Shown here: positions 38,023-47,325 of the stretch, in pieces
Numbering within the stretch: the first letter of the stretch is position 1
Layout: each line of letters begins with the position of its first letter
Origin: a bacterium
Lineage (GTDB): Bacteria > Patescibacteriota > CPR2 > UBA1875 > CAIMLA01
Assembly: GCA_037129835.1 (NCBI GenBank)
Contig: JBAXUE010000001.1
Span: forward strand, 90,085-154,084
Length of the DNA: 64,000 bases
Direction of reading: 5' to 3'
Program-made: the position numbers and the translations under genes
The notes under the pieces: model-generated
Told to the model about the DNA's origin: nothing
The model's input: only the letters and a program-made list of their open reading frames with translations
Database searches by the model: none

Positions 38023-38059
38023 GGACCTAGCGCGCTAGCGCTAGGTCCTAAACCTTTTT
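38023..38059. terminator. Terminator
   Basis: ggacctagcgc-gcta-gcgctaggtcc followed by a T-run. Confidence 0.7.
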
Positions 38060-38064
38060 TATAG

Positions 38065-38577
38065 TTATTTTTGTTTAGCTAATTCAACTGCCTTTAAACA
38101 CGTTGATTTTAAGTCAGTAAAAAAAGGTACTTCGGGACAATCCTGGGAAAATCTTCTTTTTATATACCGATGGTTTGTAAAACCGTCTTCAATGCCTATA
38201 ACCAAGTTGGCTCCTGTGTTTTCATGTTTTACTTTCCATTCAGCGAGCTCGAATCTGGTAGTTTGAGCAAATGGTCTTTCGCAATAATGTTCTTTTTCGC
38301 TAGCAAGCCAGAAAATAATAGCACCTTCTCTTGCACATCTGTTTAAATATTCAGTTTCCCAGTCAACTTGTTCATTATACATTTCTTGGGTAAAGTCTTT
38401 TTGTCTGTCTAGAACTCTTCTAGGGGAAGCTAGGTAGATATTTGGGTCGATTTCGTGGATATACTCCATGGCGACTTCTTGCCACCTTTCAGAGCCTTTG
38501 ATTGGTCCAGCTAAAAAGATCATGGGACCTTCTACTTCTCTTTTTTCTGGTGGGATGATTATTCTATCTTTATTCAT
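38065..38577 (-). CDS. Nucleoside 2-deoxyribosyltransferase-like protein
   Basis: IFLAGPI...WQ, SPRR, QVDWE, IIFW, TRFELAE. Confidence 0.8.
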   Translation of the reverse strand: MNKDRIIIPPEKREVEGPMIFLAGPIKGSERWQEVAMEYIHEIDPNIYLASPRRVLDRQKDFTQEMYNEQVDWETEYLNRCAREGAIIFWLASEKEHYCERPFAQTTRFELAEWKVKHENTGANLVIGIEDGFTNHRYIKRRFSQDCPEVPFFTDLKSTCLKAVELAKQK

Positions 38578-38649
38578 GCCCTGATTATATCAAATATTCT
38601 TTATTTGGCTATTATATTATTATTTTTATGTGCTAAAATAGCTCCTAAT

Positions 38650-40086
38650 ATGGAAAAAATGATAATCGAGATTATGCTTGATACCTTTGGAGAAACACCT
38701 AAAAGTATTAGCAGAAAAAAGATAGGACTTCGAAACGAGGTTTTTGAAGTCATTTTCGATAAACAAGAGGCAGTTATTATTAGAATTGGAAAAAATAGTA
38801 ATCAATTAGTTGGATCATCTAGGTATATCCCGTTATTTCATTCACTTGGTATAACAGTTCCAGTTATTCTTAAAGAAGACTATTCGTTAGAAAGCCATCC
38901 ATATCCATATCATATTCAAACAAAAATTGATGGTCAGGATCTAGAAAAGATCTTTAACACCCTGACTTTTTTAGAGCTAAAAAAGGTTGCGAAATTCGTT
39001 TCAGACGTCTTTACAAAGCTAGTCACATTACCAACCGACGGATGTTTTGGAATTGTGGACTACCAAGCCGTAGGGTCACATAGCAGTTGGAAAGACTTTA
39101 TACGCTCTTTGCTAAAAGAAATAGAAGAAAGTGAATCGATAAAGCACCATATAGATAAAATTTTGGTCGCCAAGACCTTTGAAATAATTCACAGCTATGA
39201 AGAATATTTTGACACTGTTAGTTCTGAGTTTTTTACTCATGATATTAGTTCAAAAAATATTATGATTTATAATGGGAAAGTTATGGGTCTGGTTGATCTG
39301 GATGTGATGTGTTTTGGGGACCCATTATTTTCATTAGGCTCAATCGTTGCTACTTGGCCGGATTCAAAAAGGGGAATGTACTATATTAATGAAATTTATA
39401 AAAATTTGCACCTGACTTTTGAAAAAATAAAAATTGTTGAAATGTATGCTATATTCCAACGATTATGGTGGCTTTCAGAAATCGGTAAAAAGTTTAACGA
39501 CAATACCGTCAAGGTAGTAGATCGAAATATAATATCCGCGGGTTCTAGTATTCTTGATATATTGATAAGTAAATACGAAGAGAAAAAATTTTTTGAATAT
39601 AAGATGAAAAATATTACCTATAATAAAGAATATCCAAAGATGTTTTTAAAGGAAAGGAAGAAAATATTATCTTTATTTGGGGAAAATGTTCAAGTTTTTC
39701 ATATTGGCAGCACGGCGATTCCTGAAATGTCAGGCAAGGGAATAATAGACATTTTGATAGTAGTCCCTGCGTTTAAGATGGCCGTTGTTTCAGAAGAATT
39801 GTTGGCTTCCGGACTACTTTTGCGCGAAAATGCAGGTTCGTCTGGCAGAATATTCTTTTCCGATAAACCACTCGAGGCTTCCAATGTTCGTTTTCACTAT
39901 CATTTAGTCAGAGAAAACACCCCAGATCATCTGAATCCTATTAAATTTCGAGATTATCTTATCGCACATCCAGATACTGCTGGTGAATATCAGGCTTTAA
40001 AAGAAACCCTAGCGCAAAATAGCGCGACCAGCCGAGAATATCTTGAGGGGAAGGCGGAGTTTATCCAATCTATTCTTAATAAATAG
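38650..40086 (+). CDS. Aminoglycoside phosphotransferase-like kinase fused to a GrpB nucleotidyltransferase-fold domain
   Basis: HDISSKNI, LVDLD, GDP; C-terminal HIGSTAIP..GKGIIDI, FRDYL..HP, Y...K. Confidence 0.8.
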   Translation: MEKMIIEIMLDTFGETPKSISRKKIGLRNEVFEVIFDKQEAVIIRIGKNSNQLVGSSRYIPLFHSLGITVPVILKEDYSLESHPYPYHIQTKIDGQDLEKIFNTLTFLELKKVAKFVSDVFTKLVTLPTDGCFGIVDYQAVGSHSSWKDFIRSLLKEIEESESIKHHIDKILVAKTFEIIHSYEEYFDTVSSEFFTHDISSKNIMIYNGKVMGLVDLDVMCFGDPLFSLGSIVATWPDSKRGMYYINEIYKNLHLTFEKIKIVEMYAIFQRLWWLSEIGKKFNDNTVKVVDRNIISAGSSILDILISKYEEKKFFEYKMKNITYNKEYPKMFLKERKKILSLFGENVQVFHIGSTAIPEMSGKGIIDILIVVPAFKMAVVSEELLASGLLLRENAGSSGRIFFSDKPLEASNVRFHYHLVRENTPDHLNPIKFRDYLIAHPDTAGEYQALKETLAQNSATSREYLEGKAEFIQSILNK

Positions 40087-40119
40087 TGGTACAATAAGTG
40101 CAAATTATATTGGAGAAAC

Positions 40120-40773
40120 GTGAGGAAAGAATTTTCGAATAAATTTAAAAATGCGTACGCGGAATTGTATAAACTTCATCCTCAAGTAGGTGAGCAAAAC
40201 CCGCGTTTCCGTTATCTAAGAGTAGACTGGTTCTTCCCGAATCATATACACAATGTTCTCGAACAAGTGAAGGATTTGGGTCAGAAATATTTTACTAGCA
40301 TAGATTATGAGGTGTGTCTATATGCGGGATTGCTTCACGACTCTGGACTGGTATATAAACGAGAAACCGCAGAGGCGACTGGTCATGAAGAAAGAAGTAT
40401 TGAATACGCCGAAAAAGAACTAAAAAATTTGGGTTACAGCCAAGATTTTATTATTAAAGTTCTCGAGTGTATTAGAGCAACCAATGTAGGATATGATTCT
40501 AAATTGCCAGAAGCAATATTGGTAAGAAATGCAGATGCATACGCTCATCTTATTTCTATGCACTTTTTTGCGAAAGCGAATTTTGCAAATGATATTATTT
40601 CTTTTATCGATTGGTTTGAGAACAAAGTCGAAAGAACATATAAAAAGATATCTATCCCAGAGCTACGTTTAGAGATTGGGCCACTAATGAATTATTATCA
40701 GAAAATGCTAGAAAATTATCGGAAACAACAAGTCTCAGAAAAAGTCTATTTGAATAATATTACAGGCGAATAG
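40120..40773 (+). CDS. HD-domain phosphohydrolase
   Basis: NH...LLHDSG...GHEERS...NADA. Confidence 0.8.
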   Translation: MRKEFSNKFKNAYAELYKLHPQVGEQNPRFRYLRVDWFFPNHIHNVLEQVKDLGQKYFTSIDYEVCLYAGLLHDSGLVYKRETAEATGHEERSIEYAEKELKNLGYSQDFIIKVLECIRATNVGYDSKLPEAILVRNADAYAHLISMHFFAKANFANDIISFIDWFENKVERTYKKISIPELRLEIGPLMNYYQKMLENYRKQQVSEKVYLNNITGE

Positions 40774-41363
40774 TGAATACTTATAACAAAATCTATAGCG
40801 AAAATAAAAACGTTTTTGGTCTTAAGCCTACTGCCATACTAGAAACTGCGTTAAAGGTTGTGAGCAATAAGAGCATTGCTCTCGATATCGGCGCCGGGCA
40901 GGGGAGAGATACAATATTTCTAGCGAAATCGGGCTTTGCTGTAGATTCCATTGAAAAATCAGATGTGGCAATAAACTATTTGAAAAGTTTGAATAATAGT
41001 AATATATGTCCTATTCAAACTCGGATAGAAGACTTTGATATTGTTGAAGATAGATATGATCTAATCAACGCAATTAATGTACTTCAGTTTGTGGAAGATG
41101 AGAACATTCCTAATGTAACTACAAAAATAAAAGCTGGTTTAAAGAGCGGTGGAGTAGTGGTTATCGCTTCTTTTACAGAGGAAGACCCGTCTTTTTTAGA
41201 GCAGTCGTTTAAGAAATATTTTGCGAAAGGCGAACTCAAAAAATTATTTTCTGATTTCGAAATCATTTTTTATCGTGAAAAGCTTGTGGACGATAATCCG
41301 CACGGCGGCACGCCTTACCCCCATCAGCACGGAGCTGTAGAAGTGGTGGCTAGGAAAAGGTAA
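40773..41363 (+). CDS. Class I SAM methyltransferase (TehB-like)
   Basis: ALDIGAGQGRD; F..GEL..LF; C-terminal H..H. Confidence 0.85.
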   Translation: MNTYNKIYSENKNVFGLKPTAILETALKVVSNKSIALDIGAGQGRDTIFLAKSGFAVDSIEKSDVAINYLKSLNNSNICPIQTRIEDFDIVEDRYDLINAINVLQFVEDENIPNVTTKIKAGLKSGGVVVIASFTEEDPSFLEQSFKKYFAKGELKKLFSDFEIIFYREKLVDDNPHGGTPYPHQHGAVEVVARKR

Positions 41364-41459
41364 TAATCAACTATAATACTTAACTTGTGAACGGCATTCT
41401 TTCTTTAATCTTCCAATTTATGACCCTAGATGATAATATTTTAGTAACACGGAGGGTGA

Positions 41460-42176
41460 ATGTCAAAAAAGCTTGATCATAGATTTTGGGCAAAATATTT
41501 TAAGGTTTACGATGTACTGAATATGGTAATTCCTTACCAGGAGTTATTGGGCAGTATTATTAACGAGTTGGATATTAAAAAAGGCGACCTTGTTCTCGAT
41601 GCGGGTTGCGGAACCGGTAACTTGGCGGTAAAGATGAAGACCAAGGGTGCAAAGGTTATTGGTATAGATAATTGTATAGAGGCACTTGATATTTATAAAG
41701 AAAAGGATAAACAGGCAGAGATTTTAGTCCATGATCTTACTATGCCACTACCGTTTCCAGATGGTTTTTTTGACAAAATCGCGTCAAACAATGTTCTATA
41801 TACAATTTCAAAAGCAAATAGACAAGCTGTCTATAAAGAGCTTAAGAGAGTCCTTAAGCCAGGAGGACTTTTAGTAGTAGCAAATATTCAAAAGGATTTT
41901 AAGCCTCTGAATATTTACAAAGATCACTTAAAGCAAGATTTAAGTGTTAATGGTTATTTCAGATTAATGATAAAAATAGTTAAAATGTCATTTCCAACAA
42001 TTAAAATGTTTTATTATAATTCAATAATAAAAAGTAATAACAAATCAGGTTTCTATAACTTCATTGAGAAAGGTGAAGAGGCGAAAGACTTAGAAGGTCA
42101 TGGTTTTAAAATATTATCCGAACTACCCGTTTATAGTCAACAAGCTTTCTTAACAACAAGTAAAAAAAATGTATAA
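41460..42176 (+). CDS. Class I SAM methyltransferase
   Basis: VLDAGCGTGN, LPFPDGFFD, NNVLY, RVLKPGG. Confidence 0.88.
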   Translation: MSKKLDHRFWAKYFKVYDVLNMVIPYQELLGSIINELDIKKGDLVLDAGCGTGNLAVKMKTKGAKVIGIDNCIEALDIYKEKDKQAEILVHDLTMPLPFPDGFFDKIASNNVLYTISKANRQAVYKELKRVLKPGGLLVVANIQKDFKPLNIYKDHLKQDLSVNGYFRLMIKIVKMSFPTIKMFYYNSIIKSNNKSGFYNFIEKGEEAKDLEGHGFKILSELPVYSQQAFLTTSKKNV

Positions 42177-42873
42177 AAACTTTTCTGTGAAGATAGGAGA
42201 AGAGACTATAGATTTCGGGATTGCTGTTGGTAAGGAAGAGATCGAAGACTTTGTAAGGCTAAGAACATATATTTATAATAAAAATGATTATTATTCGGAG
42301 AAGAAGAAAATTGATGTTGACGAATATGATAATAAAAAAACAATATATATTGTGGCCCATTCAAGGAAGAAAGTTGTGGCAGGTCTAAGACTAATATTTG
42401 ATAAATATTTACCTACCGAGAAAGACTGTTTTAGCTTTAAGGAACCAGTAGAAATGACTACCATACCACGAAATAAAAGATTTGAAATTGGCAGACTGGT
42501 TGTAACGAATAGCGCCGGCAGGGTACCGCGAAATATTTTAATGCTTGGTCTTTTTAAAGTTGTCATGAAATATTCGATTGAAAATGGACTTATGGGAGGA
42601 TACGCTTTTATTAAACAAAAGCTTTATAAAAAATTAGTATTTATTAATGCACCATTCCATGTAATAAAGAATTCAAAGTTAATATATGAAAAAGAAACAT
42701 TAAGAAACTATTTCGGGGATCCTTTGAATCCCGTTATCCCTATTTATTTTCTTGTTTCTGAATTTAAGAAATATGAAAAGAAAATTTTTAGTAAATATTT
42801 ATTCAAAAGTGTTGATGATGTTTATATTTTGAGAAGCGTTACTAGCTGGAATATACTGAGGCGCTTTTTATGA
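42169..42873 (+). CDS. LuxI/FeeM-like GNAT N-acyltransferase
   Basis: RLR..Y, D.DEYD, GLRL, LP.E, EIGRL motifs of the AHL / N-acyl amino acid synthase fold. Confidence 0.72.
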   Translation: MYKNFSVKIGEETIDFGIAVGKEEIEDFVRLRTYIYNKNDYYSEKKKIDVDEYDNKKTIYIVAHSRKKVVAGLRLIFDKYLPTEKDCFSFKEPVEMTTIPRNKRFEIGRLVVTNSAGRVPRNILMLGLFKVVMKYSIENGLMGGYAFIKQKLYKKLVFINAPFHVIKNSKLIYEKETLRNYFGDPLNPVIPIYFLVSEFKKYEKKIFSKYLFKSVDDVYILRSVTSWNILRRFL

Positions 42874-45113
42874 TGTTTAATTTTTCTTCTATATTACTAT
42901 TAATTATTAGCGCAGTTAATTTAGTTCTGGGTTTATTAATTATAGTTAGAAACAGGAAAAGCATTCAAAATATTTTATTTTCTATTATGCTTTTTGGTAT
43001 CACCTTTTGGTCACTTTCCTTAATCCTCTATAATTTAGGCTTGCCAGAAACTATATATATATGGGGACAATTAGCCTATCTTTTTTCTGCATTAACTATA
43101 AGTTTATTTTTACAGTTTACTTTATACTTTCAAACAAAATTAGTAAATAAATTTGTTCAATACCTTTCTATTTTTTTGTGTACTGTGTATTTAGTTATAG
43201 CAGTTATACCATTTTCAATTTTTTCAAGTATTACAATAGCAGATGGTTTAATCGAAACTAGCTTAAACTGGGGTTATTATTTACATTCTATTATGACATT
43301 TGTTCTTTTCGGATGGGCTTTGATAAACCTAGTAATAAAGTACAATAAATCAACAGGAATATATCGTTCTCAATTAGTATTAATTCTTGTGGGTGCAACA
43401 ATTTCAACAGTCATTGCCATTTTTTCGAATGTTATATTATTTTCGAGTACAGGACTGTATAACTGGCTAGGACCAACAGGCACAATTTTTTTAGTTGGGT
43501 GTATAACATATGCCATTGTTAAACATAGATTAATGGATATTAGAATGGTTGTTGCTCGTTCGGTAGCATATATCATTCTTATTGTTACTTTGGCTGGTCT
43601 ATATGCCGGTGCAGTGCTCGGAATGGAATTTATCCTTTTCCCAAAAGAATTGACATCTTTCAGCTTAACCCAAGGAGGCTTAAGAACTGTTGTCGCCGTA
43701 ATTATGGTATTCCTCTTCCAGCCATTAAAAAACTGGATTACCAAAGCAACAGATAAAATATTTTTCCGAGGTAGATATGACGCCGATCAGCTACTTTCTG
43801 AGCTTTCAAATACAATGAGCTCGACAATCGTTCTTGTGGAGCTACTTTACCGAGTTAGCGATCTGATTCAAAAGAATATTAAGTCTACAAGAGTTCTTAC
43901 GGCACTCGTTAAGGATGACACCAGAATGTATAATGTCCAGGCAAATGGCTATAAAGAGACTCCCGATGTAGATCCCAGAGACGTCTACCATCTGGCCAAG
44001 GATGGAATTATCATCAAAGATGATCTGGAAGACGGCTCAAAATCAAAAAAACTCTTAACTGAATATAATGCGACTATGGCTGTGCCACTAAAGACAGATA
44101 GTGAGGTCATCGGAGTGATTCTTCTAGGTGAGAAAAATTCAGGGGAGATGTACAACCAGCAAGATATGAAGGTGATGGAGATTATTGGTCCAGAGCTAGC
44201 AGTTGCAGTTGAGAACGCCAAATCATACGAAGAGATATCAAAGTTCAATGTCACTCTGCGCCAGGAAGTGAAGAGAGCGACTTATCGCTTGAAACAGAAG
44301 AACTCGGAGCTACAGGAGCTAGATAAGGCCAAGGACGAGTTTATCAGCATGGCATCTCATCAGCTGCGAACGCCTCTGACGGCCATTAAGGGCTATTTAT
44401 CGATGCTACTCGAGGGAGATGCTGGAGATATCAAAGTAAGTCAGTATGACTTCATTAACGAGGCATACAGCGGTGCAAATAGAATGGTAGGACTGATCAA
44501 TGATCTTCTTAACGTATCTCGCATGGAAACAGGTCGTTTTTTTCTGGAGCCGAAGGAAGTGGATATTGAAAGGATTGTTAACGAAGAGGTTAAACAATTA
44601 TCACAACAGGCTAGGACTAAGGGTCTTTATCTAAAGGTTGAGAACAAAGGCAAGGTGCCCCATATTTGGGCAGACGAAACTAAAATTCGCCAAGTGGTAA
44701 TGAATTTTATGGACAATGCTCTCTACTACACCTTGACCGGAGGAGTGACCGTGACGCTAAGACATGATAAGGTAAATCTATATTATGAAGTCCATGATAC
44801 TGGCATAGGTGTTCCTGCAGACCAAAAACGGCATCTTTTTGAAAAGTTTTTCAGGGCAGATAATGCTCGTACTACACGGCCAGACGGTACCGGGCTTGGT
44901 ATTTATCTTGCGAAGAGAGTCATAGAAGATCATGGTGGAGAAATTATTTTCGAATCGGAAGTGGGCAAGGGCTCTATGTTTGGCTTCAAGTTTCCGCTTA
45001 AGAAAAAAGTTGGACCAAAGCCGATAAGTGCTCCTGCGCCACGGACGGTACATACAGCCGAAACAATGCAGGCAGTACAGACAGAGATTGTTGAAAAAGC
45101 TGCAATAAAATAA
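42870..45113 (+). CDS. Multi-TM (HisKA_7TM-type) sensor histidine kinase with a GAF-like domain
   Basis: About 9 TM helices; EFISMASHQLRTPL H-box; NFMDNA, DTGIG, FEKFFR, GTGLG. Confidence 0.92.
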   Translation: MMFNFSSILLLIISAVNLVLGLLIIVRNRKSIQNILFSIMLFGITFWSLSLILYNLGLPETIYIWGQLAYLFSALTISLFLQFTLYFQTKLVNKFVQYLSIFLCTVYLVIAVIPFSIFSSITIADGLIETSLNWGYYLHSIMTFVLFGWALINLVIKYNKSTGIYRSQLVLILVGATISTVIAIFSNVILFSSTGLYNWLGPTGTIFLVGCITYAIVKHRLMDIRMVVARSVAYIILIVTLAGLYAGAVLGMEFILFPKELTSFSLTQGGLRTVVAVIMVFLFQPLKNWITKATDKIFFRGRYDADQLLSELSNTMSSTIVLVELLYRVSDLIQKNIKSTRVLTALVKDDTRMYNVQANGYKETPDVDPRDVYHLAKDGIIIKDDLEDGSKSKKLLTEYNATMAVPLKTDSEVIGVILLGEKNSGEMYNQQDMKVMEIIGPELAVAVENAKSYEEISKFNVTLRQEVKRATYRLKQKNSELQELDKAKDEFISMASHQLRTPLTAIKGYLSMLLEGDAGDIKVSQYDFINEAYSGANRMVGLINDLLNVSRMETGRFFLEPKEVDIERIVNEEVKQLSQQARTKGLYLKVENKGKVPHIWADETKIRQVVMNFMDNALYYTLTGGVTVTLRHDKVNLYYEVHDTGIGVPADQKRHLFEKFFRADNARTTRPDGTGLGIYLAKRVIEDHGGEIIFESEVGKGSMFGFKFPLKKKVGPKPISAPAPRTVHTAETMQAVQTEIVEKAAIK

Positions 45114-45128
45114 TACGCGAGGTTTAAA

Positions 45129-45803
45129 ATGGCTATAATACCAAAATATCATCAGTTTGATTGTGTTGAAAAGAATGAGCCTGACGATAGGCAAGCGGAC
45201 GCGATACTAAAATATAGACCGGATATCATAATCTTAGAGGGACCAGAAAGAGAAGGAAAACCCGACCTAATATTCAATGCATATGGCCCCCACGAAAAAC
45301 CAAAGAAAGAAATAGCTGACGTAATGGATGGTCTCAGGATAGCATCAAAACAATTTGGTTACGCTGTTTCAGATATGAAGGCCTTTGAGAATGTTCAGAG
45401 GCTTTGGAACGAGGGACATAATGTCTTAGAATACGGAGTTGACGGGCCAAAAGAGCTTAGATCTGAGTTTTATGAAGTTTGGAACCATTGTTATCCTTGT
45501 GCAAAAAAGAATTGGCTCTGGTGGGTCCATATCTATCTCAGAGAGCGAATAATGGCAAATCATATGGCCAATATTTTAAAAAACTATCAGGACAAACCGA
45601 ATCCTGTTATTTTGATATTTCTTCAAAGTTTCCATTGGAAACATGTTAAATTTCTCTTAACTAATCCGACCAAGGAAGAGAATTGGGAATATTACTTTGG
45701 CAGTTTCCCAGAAGTAACACCAGAAACGATTGCAGAAATGATTAAAAGAAATAATAAAGTATTTTATAAATATTGGATGAAATACTCAGATTTTAAGGAG
45801 TAA
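45129..45803 (+). CDS. Hypothetical protein, possible TraB/ChaN-like fold
   Basis: PDIIILEGP, RERIMA, and a late H. Confidence 0.55.
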   Translation: MAIIPKYHQFDCVEKNEPDDRQADAILKYRPDIIILEGPEREGKPDLIFNAYGPHEKPKKEIADVMDGLRIASKQFGYAVSDMKAFENVQRLWNEGHNVLEYGVDGPKELRSEFYEVWNHCYPCAKKNWLWWVHIYLRERIMANHMANILKNYQDKPNPVILIFLQSFHWKHVKFLLTNPTKEENWEYYFGSFPEVTPETIAEMIKRNNKVFYKYWMKYSDFKE

Positions 45804-45804
45804 T

Positions 45805-46707
45805 ATGGCACAAGTTGGTGAGAAATTTGAACCGACCGGGAAAGATAAAGAGTTTTTTGACGACCTGGGTAGGCGTAGTGAGGAGCTTCTAAGCGATAAT
45901 GAAGAAGACTACCAGGCGCGGTATAATGAGCTAAAAAGAATTTATATAAAAAAACAGAGAGAAATAGACCACGATACAAATAGTAAGGAATTTAAAGTAG
46001 CTTTTCTAGGTGAAATGAATACAAGTGGCTATTTTCAAGAAATACTCACAGGCGAACCTATACCTGCGGAGGAGCGAGCAACACAGGATTTTCTAAGAGA
46101 AATGGGTATTGATGAAGCAGAATTACCTAAAGATGAAATAGAAGTATCATATAAAAAAGAAAAAATTGAAGTCCCAGAAGATATTGCCAAAGAAGACATC
46201 CAGGAATATTTGGACAGTTATGGAGATTTACGTTTTTTTTATCGTCAAATATTTGAAAAATACTTAGGAGAGACTGATAGCCCATCTTTTATGGCTGATT
46301 TACGGGAAGTAATGCCTAGTATCAGGATAGACGATGCTTATACAAGTCCCATAAAGACAAGGGCAACAGAGGATTTCTTCAAAGAGATTGGATACGAAGA
46401 CAAATCTCAACTAGAATTTGACGTATCAGACGAGGATAGGGTTTTTCTGGCTGAACTAAGCGGTAAAAGTCAGGAATTACTCAGAGATTATTCAGATTAC
46501 TACCACGATTCAATGTGGGAAGATTATAACGAATTGGCCCACATTTATAGTGGAAAAGAAGACAGCCCCGAATTTCAAAAAAAGGTCGAAGATCTATTGG
46601 AAAAATATAAGAAACAACTGGGAAAAGAAGATTTACAATTGTCAGAACGGAAAGCTATATTAGATTTCTTAAGAATATTTACTAGAGAAGAGCGTGAGAA
46701 CACTTAG
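45805..46707 (+). CDS. Acidic helical protein with internal repeats
   Basis: ERATQDFLREMG / TRATEDFFKEIG / ERKAILDFLR. Confidence 0.7.
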   Translation: MAQVGEKFEPTGKDKEFFDDLGRRSEELLSDNEEDYQARYNELKRIYIKKQREIDHDTNSKEFKVAFLGEMNTSGYFQEILTGEPIPAEERATQDFLREMGIDEAELPKDEIEVSYKKEKIEVPEDIAKEDIQEYLDSYGDLRFFYRQIFEKYLGETDSPSFMADLREVMPSIRIDDAYTSPIKTRATEDFFKEIGYEDKSQLEFDVSDEDRVFLAELSGKSQELLRDYSDYYHDSMWEDYNELAHIYSGKEDSPEFQKKVEDLLEKYKKQLGKEDLQLSERKAILDFLRIFTREERENT

Positions 46708-46740
46708 AAAATATTAAGTATTGTAATGATTAAATATATA

Positions 46741-46780
46741 AAAAGAGACTGATTATTTCCACAAATAATCAGTCTCTTTT
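46741..46780. terminator. Bidirectional terminator
   Basis: aaaagagactgattattt-ccac-aaataatcagtctctttt. Confidence 0.8.
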
Positions 46781-46811
46781 TTGGCTCGCCAAGCGTAGCT
46801 TTAGCGAAGTT

Positions 46812-46886
46812 TGGTAGTCCCAAGGGGAGTCGAACCCCTGTTACCAGGATGAAAACCTGGCGTCCTAACCACTAGACGATGGGACC
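46812..46886 (-). tRNA. tRNA-Glu(TTC)
   Basis: Reverse complement ggtcccatcgtctagtggttaggac...ttTTCat...gttcgactcc...cca. Confidence 0.95.
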
Positions 46887-47273
46887 GCTTTATATAATAA
46901 TCACAACAAAAGCTCGAATATTATAGCAGAAAAGACCCTGCCTGACAATAATTTGTCTCAGTTTGTGTCATATAAATATTAAGTAATATATGCACACTCA
47001 CTTCTTGTTATTAGGATCGGCGTTTATATAATTGTTATAAGATCGGGGAAGAGATTCGGGCTCGCGATCTGACCCATCAAATCTATTAATTGGTAGAGAG
47101 GTTCTAAAAGTGGGAAAATAGACTTCGGATATTCTTATAATTGAACAAAAACATCATAGGATATCAATAATAATTCTAACCTGATTTTTATATTAAAAGA
47201 AAAGCAATTAATAACTTTAATTTTTACATTTTTCAAGTTAGAATAATACTGTACACACTATATTAAATAATAA

Positions 47274-47302
47274 GCCCTTCGACTTCGAGAGTCGCTCAGG
47301 GC
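47274..47302. repeat. REP-like element upstream of gap
   Basis: gcccttcgacttcgagagtcgctcagggc. Confidence 0.5.
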
Positions 47303-47325
47303 TGGGCTGTAGCCCAGGAGGCAAA

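Noticed and set aside
47030-47105. Small structured leader upstream of gap (agatcg/cgatct)
   Set aside because: Stems are short and match no riboswitch I recognise; insufficient support
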